From contig NC_087436.1 of NCBI RefSeq assembly GCF_036321535.1, positions 67,582,001-67,646,000 on the forward strand: DNA of 64,000 nt, written 5' to 3'. This DNA comes from Camelus dromedarius. Lineage: Eukaryota. Below the pieces are notes generated by a model, which saw only the letters and a program-made list of their open reading frames with translations, searched no databases and had not been told where the DNA came from. Shown piece by piece: positions 53,471 through 64,000 of this stretch. Each line of letters opens with the position of its first letter. Positions within the stretch are counted from its first letter, which is position 1. A program made the translations under genes and the position numbers.

Positions 53471-55619
53471 TAATTGCTCAATTTTCCCAGGTCATTTCCT
53501 TAGACTATCAACTAAGAATGAAAATAGCTGCTATACTAATAAAGAAGAATAAATATCCCATAATAGTATTTGGAAACTTCCCTACCAAAAAAAAAAAAAA
53601 AAAAGAGAGAGAGACTGCCAGAACTATCCTCTGAAAACATATAATGTGATTAAAAACTTCTTGATGGCATGATTAACATTAGGAAAACTGCAATTTAATT
53701 GAGCAAGTACTCATTGAATTCTCATGGGGTACAAAATATTAATTAAGAAAATATTCATCAAAGATTTATTAAGTAGAACATTTCAGTTGTCAGAATTTAA
53801 GCAAAGAACAAGACAGACAAAATTCACCCCTGTAAGGAATTTTTGTAACATGGATGTAGTTATGCCATGGAAATTGCAAAAGAAATGAGACATTGCCAAG
53901 AACTCAATGAGTTTACTTTCTATTTAAAGAAAAGTAGAACTACACGACAGTGCAAAAATGTCATTATAAGAGCACAAATGAATAAACAGATTCAAAATAA
54001 AATGTCAGCTAGATAATAAAAAGTACAATGAAGGGAAGATTTTAAAAAGTGGATGATTTGTTAGCTAATGATGTGGTGAGAGGGTATGATCTGCTATTTT
54101 ATACAGAGTGATCAGGAGAGGTAATTTTGATAAAATTTTATAAATGAAGTGAAGGATGAGTCATGTGAATGTTTGAAAAAAGGACTTTGCAAACCCAGGG
54201 AAATGAAAATATAAATTAATTCCCTGAGTAGAGAAAATGACACCACATCCTTTTTTTGATAAAAATTAAAGATAGTGGAGATTATTAGTGAATTTGAAAA
54301 AGTGGCTAGGGGGCTAGATCATTCAAGTTTACCATGGTAACAAATTTGGAATTAGGTGTTTTTGTTTTTTATTTTCTGAGTCTGATGGAAGCTACTGGGG
54401 CATTTAGATAAAGAAATGATGCAATCCTATACTTATTTGTGAGAAACATAAAATGGAGGATAACACTGAATACAGGGATAGTTTACAGTCAGCTGTGGTT
54501 GTCCACAAAAATGTGATCGCTGCTCTTCTAAAGTTACTGAAGTGATATAATGGTACAGAATTGGGATACATTTAAAAGGTAGAGAAAATAGGGGGTTTTT
54601 TTTATAATGGTTTCATATGGATTGTTCAATAAACAGTAAAGTAAAAGTTTGAAAAGCAATGAGTACAAAGAAAACATCAGGGAAGCAAATCCCAGAGAGA
54701 AGAAGCAGTTCAAAATTGAGCACGGAGCCAAAGTAACATCCATCCCTAGACTCTGGTTCAAACAGCAGAGGGTTAGTTGGCCTGATGTAGACTTTACAGG
54801 GTCAGGAGAAATTGAAAAACCTTTAATTGGAAAGACAGACTATAACTAAGAATAGCCTGAAATGCAAAATTACTTAGTTTCATAAAATACCCTTTCCCTA
54901 CCCCAGAATTTTACTGAGTTAGCAGAAATACATCATTAAAAGTAGAGAGTTTATGTAATCTGAACATTAGCCTAGTGATTTGATTTTGATTCTCCAAGAA
55001 CAGATGACAACATTGGAACGTAAACTCCCTCCTTGCTCAACCAGTACCTGGGTAAGACCCTCAGCAATCTGTAGTGGTAGTACAAGAACTGGGAGCTGAA
55101 TTATCTAAAAATTATCTCAATTTCATTAAATTCTAAAATCCCTCAACTCAAGCTTCTACACAAAAGGAAGGATGTGTACCCTCTGGGAAAAAACAAACAA
55201 AGCAAAGCAAAATATAGTTTCCTCTCCATTGAGATTGTATATACATATATGTTTCATCTATTTATATGTATTATTTGTATATAATATGTATTATAATTAT
55301 ATTATTTCATATATTTATAATATTACATATTAGAAGACATACAAATAACCAGAAAATGTAATACATAATCAAAAGATAAATAAATGGAGGCATAAATCAA
55401 TGGAAGCATACTCATTGGTGACTCAAATATTATACTTAGCAAAAATGACCAGAAAACAAAAATGTTTTCATTATAAACATGGAGTTAGTGGATGTAATTA
55501 TAGGAATTATTAGACACAGAAGGATAAATAGGCAATAATATAAATAACTTTAAGCCAACCAATAAATTCAACAACTTAAATGAATGTACAAATTCTATGA
55601 TGCCAGCATAATTCTGAGT

Positions 55620-56500
55620 TTATAAGTCCAAAGTACTATTATTCAAAGTTCTTTTGTTATTCAGATAGTTGCTCTGACTATTATAGATCATTTGAAATTT
55701 TATTAAAATATAAAATCATCTTGGGATTTTACAAAATGTTGAAATTTTAATTGCAATTCCACTGAATTTTCAGATTATTTTGAAAATTTGTTTTAGCAAT
55801 ATTGAGCTCTCCAATCTATACACATGATAAATCTCTCCATCTATTTAAGTATTCTTTAATTTTTCTCTGCTCACATTTTGAAATTTTAGTATGCTGGTAT
55901 TACATATTTTTATAAAATATATTCCTATTTTTGTTATTCAATTGCATATTGTAATTGTATATTTAATTTTCTAATTATTCCTCAAACAATAATAAAATTG
56001 ATTATACATGTGTATGTTATATATATACATCTACCTTCTCAATATAATGCTTGTTTTCCAAACTTCATGCCTTTTATTTCTATCCTTTCCTTATTACAGT
56101 GGCTGACACTTTCAATGAAGTGTTGAATAGAAGTGGGTACAGAAGACATTATTGTCTTACTGACTTCCAATCCTACAAAGATAGTTTCATATTTCAGTAA
56201 ATATGGTTTTAGCTGTACAATTTTATAGATAATTTTCATATTGAGGAAAGTCTGTTATTCTTAGTCTTTTGAATTTTTATGTTATGAATATTTAATTCCA
56301 TCAATATTTTTTCACCTATTGTGATGACCGTTTTTCTTCTTTATCCTATTAATGAGTTACAATAATTGATTTTTGAAAGTTACGCCAACTGTGCATTTCT
56401 GGGATAAGTCCCTCTTTGTCATAATATGTCATGTTTTTAATAAATTTCTGGATTCCAATTACTAACATCTTCCAAAAGGTTTGTAAAACTATATTCATAA
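55620..56500 (-). mobile_element. Ancient L1M ORF2 (RT region)
   Basis: Decayed colinear match to 4050-5010 of the young L1 ('caatattgagctctccaatc', 'gtgttgaatagaagtgg', 'gcatttctgggataa'). Confidence 0.75.
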
Positions 56501-56514
56501 GCTCCTACAACAAA

Positions 56515-57300
56515 TTCAGGCCACTATAAAAATTAGTCTGACATTTGGGTCCTATGATCTAGCATATAAAATGTTATTTGAAGTACCTGTAGTAGATAAG
56601 GATGCTGTAGAGAACTCTGACAGACTTCCAAAAGAGAATGACAGAACAGAGCCTTAGGATAGTGCAGCAAAGTCATGTCATCTATTACAGGTAATCATTC
56701 TCCATTAAAAACAGTTTCTGGTTTGCTAATGGGCTTTAGTAGAGACTGAAGATCTAAACATAATCTACTACATTATCATGTACTGTGACCCATCTACTAT
56801 GAACATGACGTTATGTTACCCACTAAGCCACAAATTTGAGTATTTGCAGCAATACTCATCAAGTGAAATTTAATCTGGAGATTGAATCAGGATCAAGCAG
56901 GTCTTGAAGGCACAAGTAGCATGAAAAAATGGCTCAGTCTCATGAGCCTCTATTCCCTCTTTTATAGTCATTTCTCACTTAACCCAACCATAAAGTCACT
57001 TGAGGATATTGTGTATAATGAGCTGACTGAGGAAGGAACAAAGAAGGGAGTGGTTTGAGGAAGACTGCATATAGCTATGTCACACAACCTGAAATGACTG
57101 ATCATGATCATCAAGAGGAAGTGGGGCTGCTACTCCACAGTCATTATGCTGCAATGCGAGGAAGTTCTGATTTGCCTATTAGTGCTCCTTTGTCCCGTGA
57201 CATAACATGAAAGAAAACTTCAGGAACAAAAGACCACTTAGCGTATACACCCTTTGGGAATAAAGGTTTGGGTCAGACTGAAGTAAAAAGTCATGACCAT
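56515..57300 (+). mobile_element. ERVL internal fragment (pol connection/RNase H region plus a downstream piece), heavily decayed
   Basis: Decayed translation FGSYDLAYKMLFEVPVVDKDAV, then ...WALVETEDL... and ...AGLEGTS..., matches ERVL Pol (LGPYDPADPMVLEVSVADRDAV / WALVETERL / AGPEGTSKLHE) as recalled. 'gatcatcaagaggaagtggggctgctactccac' resembles DYQGEIGLLLH. Confidence 0.75.
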
Positions 57301-57584
57301 TTGAGTATTCTTTGTTTCTTTAAGATAATTCTGTTCTCTAAATCTGATAATAAGCACTCTTAGAAACATTTATCAAATCACTTTGTATGCTGGTGACTTT
57401 TTCATGTACCTTCTTGGAAATGAGTTTTCTTTTGATTCAGATTAAGTATTAAAACTCCTTTGGGTAAAGACCAAATTCAATAAATATGAAAATAATTGTT
57501 TAAAAGAAAAAGTAAAAATTTCCTGTAGGATATGTTGTGGAGCTTAGGCTTAATGTAGGCACTGACAAGGAGAAAACTCATTTT

Positions 57585-57675
57585 TGGAGACTGAGTACTA
57601 TGACAGTAGGTATCAGGTCACATTCTCCATGGAGACTGAGTAGTACTTCAGTAGGTATCAGGTCACATTCTCCAT
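57585..57675. repeat. 45-bp tandem duplication
   Basis: tggagactgagta[ctatga|gtactt]cagtaggtatcaggtcacattctcca occurs twice. Confidence 0.95.
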
Positions 57676-60600
57676 CAGTTTCCTTGGCATGCAAGGCAGA
57701 GTACACCATAATATCAAAAAAAAAAAAAAATCTGAATATCCCCCTTGTTATTAGTAGTAACTATGTTACCTGTTGTTAGAAAAATTATTCCTTTGAACAT
57801 TCCTTAAACTAAGAATTCTGCAAAACAGAGAGAAAGAATTCCATGTACTTAATGTTATTTCTCCTGAACTAATTTTCCAGTTTTCTTTTTCTTTTCAATT
57901 TGATGTGGTTAAGTGGATTTTTATTTTCTAGTTTCACACTGTTCTGATGGGAAATTTATCTTATGTTTTCATATGTTCATAATTCTAAAATCCATGAAAG
58001 CAAAGCAAATGAAACTGAGTGGGAAGAGTCTATCGTTACTTATAGAAATATCTACTATTCAGGCAGCCATCTGTTTTCAGTGATTCAACTTTGAGAAATA
58101 ATAAAACATGGAATCTTGATGTTAGAAAGTGTGCATTGCTCCAGTAAGGATAACTCCTGTTGAATTTTGTTTTTGAGCTTAAATACATCATTTTATTTTG
58201 TTTTCTTTTTGAATTTGTATATATCATTTGATAGATTTAGTGAAGACACATTAGATTTCTTAGAATATTTTTAGTAAAATTTATACATTTGTTTATTTTC
58301 AGCCTGTTTATTATCCATCATTTTTATTTGTTCAGATTTCTCTTCCAATTAGTATATTTTTAACATTGGGAAGCAAGAGTAAATAAAATTATTCTAAACT
58401 TCAAAAGTAGAACTTTCTAATATATATGACCTTTAAATGTATCCTTATTTCCTGCTTTCAGATGAGCATTTCTGTTGCTTTCTAATACTCAAGATTAGAA
58501 GTAGAAAAATCCAGAGAATCCTAATGTTTAAGAGGAAAGGTAAGGTGGTGAGAAACAGACTAGTGAAGAATTAGTAGATCTAGGTTGTAGGATTGGCTGT
58601 TATTTTTCAATAAATTCTATGTACTTCGATTGCTTCATAGTAAAATTGAAGAAATTGGAATCTTCTTAATCCTTAGTCTTTTTCAGTTCTGAATTAAATT
58701 TATTTATTGTTTATTCTGTTTCATAGAGTAGAGATAATACAGGAAGGCGGATATCCAGAGAGGCATTTCAGAGCAGCATTAAGTAAAGCTGGCACAGAAA
58801 AGCACACCTGGTGACTGGCTTGAATTTCTAGCTACTTTAGTTGTTAGACCTTCAAGTAAATTATAGATATTTCAAATAAAACCAGTTATTTTCCTGAAAG
58901 CCACAGCTAAAGGAATATGGGTCGCCTGTTTTGCTTTTTGCTTTGTTTTGCTTTGTTTTTTTTGGTTACACAAATCAAAAAATATTAACAAGACCGTCCC
59001 TATTTAAAAGGTCTGCCATGTTATATTTTCTCTAAATTTATATCCTAGGAGAGTAAAATGAAAGTTCGCCCTGTAAGGATACTGAATTCAGTTTATATTT
59101 AAAAATTAAAACCAAGCCTTGTATAGGAAAGAAGAAAAACTCTTGATGTTTGGGATTTTTTTTAATACTAAACAGGCCTAGTTCATATATTTGTCCATAT
59201 CTGTGCGTATACACACTCACTGTACACCTCCACATAGCCAATGTAGAGGGGACATTGTGTGAATGAAATGAAAATCATGTATGTAACAATACCAGTGGAA
59301 AATCAACATATCGACAGAAACTGAGTATGACGAGAGAGAGACTGACTCAGCGAAAGCAAAAAGTAAATACACCAGGCCAAGTATCTAGGCCAAGGATAGG
59401 AAAAGAGAATGTGTTCCATACAGAATTGTTATTATTTTAATACAATAAATTGTTTTTATTTCCACCCCACTTTCAAAAATAAAATATGATGTTTTACGGC
59501 AGGGCACTTGGACATTCAGCTGCTAGCTTTCTCCTTTAAACGTGGTGTGGGCTTTCTCTACTGTTAATATACAAAACAAGGCTCCCATGAATCTGCAGCC
59601 AGCTGAAGGGGACTGTCTTGGAAATTGTTTCTAATAACTAAATGTAACCTACCGATTCATTCAGAAGACGTCATCCCTTCATGTAAGTATGTGTACTTAA
59701 GAATATTCTGGAAGAAAGGAGGCAGAGGATTGGGATAACTGGCATCACCCTGCCCACCCTTTACGTTCCATCTAAGTACAACTTTCAGGAGATTCCTGAC
59801 ACCTATGTGTGAGGAAAAGTGGCATCCCAAACAAACGGTTCCCTTGGCAGACTTTTCCCATTTTGTTCTAGGGTCGAATCGGTGGAGATAGGATTCTTGG
59901 CAGTGGATTACAGTTTTTTTGGGAAATACTACAAGATAAGCCATCTGTCATAGGAATTTGATGTGTATTTTTAAATTACATGTATTATATACATAGTGTC
60001 AATAATAGTAATCCTGGTTATGATAACTTTGGAAGAATCATAGAAACACAAACTATATGGATATGCAAAGACCTTAAATATTATACAATATCCTAATTAA
60101 CAACACATCTGAAGCTGAACATATAGAAATTTCTGGCACTGGTTGGACTGGGAAATACATGCTGGCAAAATGTCATCTAAAATGGCGTTATTACGATTCA
60201 ATCTTACTGCTTTCCTGTAACTTTAGAGTTCTTTCCAGGTTTTTATCTTTTGCCTTCTTAACAACTCTAAGCTATAAAAAGTGGATATTGAGTTTTACAG
60301 TATTCTAACTATCCTAGAGTATTGCCAAAATCTCTTATTTGACCATTTTTTGCATTGCCCATATATCACGCAAATATATCCAAATAAATCAGAGAAATTT
60401 TAGGTAACTATTGAGAAGAAATCATATAACTTTATTAATAGGAAATATAGTTGAAGTAAACTGAAAATAAATATTCTCATGTGCATAATGACTCATACCA
60501 ATTTTTGACAAAACTGGTATTTCTTTTGTTTTTCTAATTTTTTGTCATGTACATATTAAATCTGATTTTATCTCTTGAATGAGGTTGGTCTTTTGTCATA

Positions 60601-61346
60601 ATAAAGTATCTTTAGTCCTCTCTTTATATCATTTGTATCTTTAATGCCTGAATGTAGGTCTTGTTAATGATTATTGCTCTGGTTGTCACTAATATCTGTG
60701 AAAATTTAGGAGCACATTTTGCAGAACACCATAAATACTGGTGTATTGTCTTATGGAAAGTTTTTTTCTTTTATAAAACAGTATTTGCTGATAAACATCA
60801 GGCTGCTTTGAAGGCATCCATTAATTATGGTAAAGGGCCAGCTGGAATGGAAACTAATCAACTCAAATGATTATGACCATTAAAATAATCTGCTTTCTAG
60901 GGAATTAATTAAAATGAAAATAACATTATTAAAATTTTTTCATAAGAATTAAAACCCTACCTGTACAAACCTATCATACAAGTATCATGTTTTTCATTTT
61001 TCAGTGTCATTCTAATATTTATCAATGTGGATCATTTATAGTCCAAATATCTCAACTTCTTAGTAATTTTTTTTTAGAAGGAATCCAAGAGATATTCTAA
61101 TAACATTCACTTCCCTAATTCTTCCCTTCTTCACAATATTAGAAAACAAAGTATATTTTAAGAGTAAAGTGTATATAGGCTTTCCTATATAACACTTACA
61201 GGTGAAAATGCTGGGAAAGTTGAGAATAGAAATGTACATAGAAGGAAATGAGGAAGAGGGATAAGAAAGGGATTTCATTGGGATATAAAAAAGGCATTTT
61301 ATCATGAAAATTGTGTGTCCAATTTTTCAAGTCTCTATGACAAACG

Positions 61347-61691
61347 TGTAAAATTAATAAACAGAAGCCTTGATTAAAGAGAGGTGGAACACCAGAAGGG
61401 GAAGCTCTCACGCCCTGCTAAAATAGCAGAGCCCAACACCAAGAAGACATCTTTCCTGGCAAGAACTCAGCCAATGAAAAGCCATGGTCTCTTGGGTTAC
61501 TATAGACATCCCAGCTTCCTTTTCCTATCTATGAAAGTGTTCTCCTTCCTTTGCTGTGTGTGTCCAAGTCCTGTGTGTAGACTTGCATGTGGCACACCTT
61601 GCCATAGTGACCAAGCCCAGTCATTCTCTCCTGACCCTGAATAAACCGACCTTTGCTGGGAAAATATCAGGCACTCTGTTTTAGATCAACA
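61347..61691 (+). mobile_element. Short ERV1-class solo LTR
   Basis: TGT...ACA termini, CCAAT at 61471-61475 and AATAAA at 61640-61645. Flanks AACG/AACA are consistent with a 4-bp TSD after CpG decay. Confidence 0.75.
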
Positions 61692-61754
61692 AACAAAGGG
61701 TGTATTTTCAGGGATTATATCTAAAATTAAAATATAGTTTTCTCATAGATAAGC

Positions 61755-62260
61755 CTTTTTCATTAACAAAGTTTTAGTGCCTACTCTCAGGCCTTTTTTT
61801 TTTTTTTTTTTTTTTTTTAAGGGCACTGAGTGTTATCAGTGAAGAAAATAGACACATTTGCTCTCTAAAAGCTTTTGTTTCCAGTATAGGGAGGATGATA
61901 ATAAAAAGCAAAATTAGTTATCAGTATTAGAAGGAAAATATTAGATAAGGATAAGAACTTTACAGAGAGTAAAACAGGTTACTGTATTCTGACCAGAAAA
62001 CCACATTAAAGAGTTGTATAATGGAAGCTTCTCTAAGAAGGCAGCATTATAATCTGAGACCTGAATGACAAGAAGGAGCCAAAAAATGTGACTATAGGGG
62101 AAAGAATTTCAAGGCAGAAGGACTAGGGTGGGAAAAGGCTTGTCAAGTTAAGGAAGAGAGAGGCTACAGTGGCTAGTGGGGAAAAGCAAATAAGAAAGAA
62201 CCTGGAGATGTAGGCAGGGCTAGATCACAAAAGACTTTTTTGGGAAAACATAAGAATTTT
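61755..62260 (-). mobile_element. L2 fragment containing an internal poly-T run
   Basis: 'ttcattaacaaa...gtgcctact...ggcactg...ctgagacctgaatgacaagaaggagcc...gtaggcagggctagatcac'. Confidence 0.7.
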
Positions 62261-62289
62261 AGTGAAGTTTGCAAAATAAGTTCTGAATA

Positions 62290-63720
62290 AATGAAAAGGT
62301 AAGTCATGTTTATGGAGGAGAAAAAATACATAATTTTAAGTATCTATTCTGTCTATATCCATATTAATAAACTCAACAAAATCTCAATTTAGAATCTCAC
62401 ACAGTATTTAGGGGACTTGTCCAACAAACTGAAAGTTAATATGAGATTATTTAGTACAAAGATGGCCAAGACAATATTTAAAAATAAGGAGATGAACAAT
62501 AAGAAGAACAAAGAGGGAATTTGCCTCTTTTGATCAAACATATTACAAAGCTGTGTATTTTAAAACAAGTGGTATTGGCAAGGAATAAACAAATTATTCA
62601 GTGGAGTGAAATAAAATATTTGGAAATGGTTTGAAGCATATGTGGAAATGACAGAGACTACTAAGGGGAAAAAATAACCTCTTCTATCAGAGATTATAAC
62701 ACTAGCTAGTTACACAGAAAGTGAGTCAAGTTATATTTTTGCTCGGTGGAGTTCACAAAACTGAATTCAACAGGATTACTAGCTTAACATCTCAATTAAA
62801 GTATGAAGCCTTATAAGAATGAAAACATATATAATAACTTCCACAGAAGCCAAAACTTTTTTCAATAAAATGTAAGACCCATTCATCATAAGAACACTTG
62901 ATAAAATTGGATATGACCATATGTATGTGTGATTAAGAGATGGAGAGATGTTTTATATGTATATATGCAGGTGATATATTTGGGTATTATGTATCTAGAA
63001 AATCAAAAAGAGCCAACTGAAAATCCTATTACAAACAAGCTAATTTAATAAATCAAAATTTGCATACTGTAATTTATAAAACTAGGTAAAATCATATGGC
63101 TTCATATGTAAAAATAATTGTTTAGATCATAAAATAAATGAAGATCCCATTTGTAATAAAAACAAAACTGTTATAATATCTAGGCATAAATTTAACAAGA
63201 AGTAGGCAAAAAACTGACTATATGAATGTAAACTAATACACTGCTAAAGCACACAAAAGAAGAGAGAAAGAAATGAAAAATACCATATTCTTGAACAAAA
63301 AGCCTCACATCCTTAGGATTTTCTTTTAGTTTATAAATGTATCATGTTTACATCAAGAAGAGTCATTTTTATTTCTTCCTCTATAACAAAATACCATAAA
63401 TTTTGATTAAAATTTGCAGAATATGCATTAAATAGAAAAACTACGGGAAAAAGCAATAATGAAGGAGTAGGTATATCAGAAATTGAAACAGTTTATAAAG
63501 CCTATATTTTAAGACCATATAAAATTTATAGATAGATGGAAAACTAATGAAATAGAAATAGAAACTCCAAAAAAGGTACCCAAGATTTATAGAAACTTAG
63601 TATTTAATAAAGATGGTTATCTCAAAGCATTAGCGAAAATACAGATGATGTGGCAATAATTAGCCATTGGAGGAAAAGATCTATTGGCCATTTTTTGCAA
63701 GACAAAGCAAAATAAAACAA
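62290..63720 (+). mobile_element. Two adjacent ancient L1M ORF2 fragments
   Basis: A-rich decayed ORF2 text: 'gccaagacaatattt...tattacaaagct...gtggtattggca' (about 62290-62900) and 'tatctagaaaatc...atctaggcataaatttaacaaga...ataccatattcttg' (about 62970-63720). Confidence 0.6.
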
Positions 63721-64000
63721 AATGTAAATGCCACAAATTAAATAAAAATGACATGAAAAATAGGAAGAAATTAATGAGCTGAATACTTAAAATGGGATAT
63801 GAATTATACAAAAAGTCTATGACAAATTGAGATTAAAATGCCCAAAAAATCAAATGAAATGAATAAATTATATGAACAATCAAGCCAAAAGAATGAAAAT
63901 TCAGATTAGCATAAATACATAATTAGAAACTCAAAATTCTTTAAAGAATGAGAGCTTTATAGAAAGAGAAAATTTAAAAATACACTCAAATATCATCCCT

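Noticed and set aside
57585..57675. CRISPR-like repeat-spacer array
   Set aside because: There are only two adjacent units with no spacer, the context is mammalian, and there are no cas genes.
220..63811. The many 60-130 aa ORFs in the track
   Set aside because: They are antisense or out-of-frame repeat sequence or AT-rich chance ORFs, many without a true ATG, and none resembles a known host protein.

Overview
AT-rich, CpG-poor eutherian genomic DNA, most likely from a camelid (camel, llama or alpaca). The evidence is a vic-1-type tRNA-derived SINE at 19527-19641 and the absence of recognisable Alu, B1, Bov-A/BovB, PRE1 or SINEC elements. I found no host protein-coding exon or RNA gene that I can support, so the window looks intergenic or deep intronic. 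The long ORFs in the track are broken LINE-1 ORF2 fragments. The content is a layered transposon record: one fairly young 5'-truncated 3.8-kb L1 and several short L1 3' ends with target-site duplications (TSDs), three of them with twin-priming inversions. There are also three ERV1-type solo LTRs with 4-bp TSDs, an ERVL pol remnant, hAT-Charlie DNA transposon relics and many L2/MIR fossils. I did not find a novel biological system. The most interesting items are a young solo LTR with a bulged stem-loop at its predicted transcription start, that LTR's back-to-back arrangement with a MER41-like LTR, a possible short L1 3' transduction, and several template-switch or hairpin scars. Repeat family names are recalled from consensus sequences and need RepeatMasker/Dfam confirmation; boundaries of old repeats are approximate.
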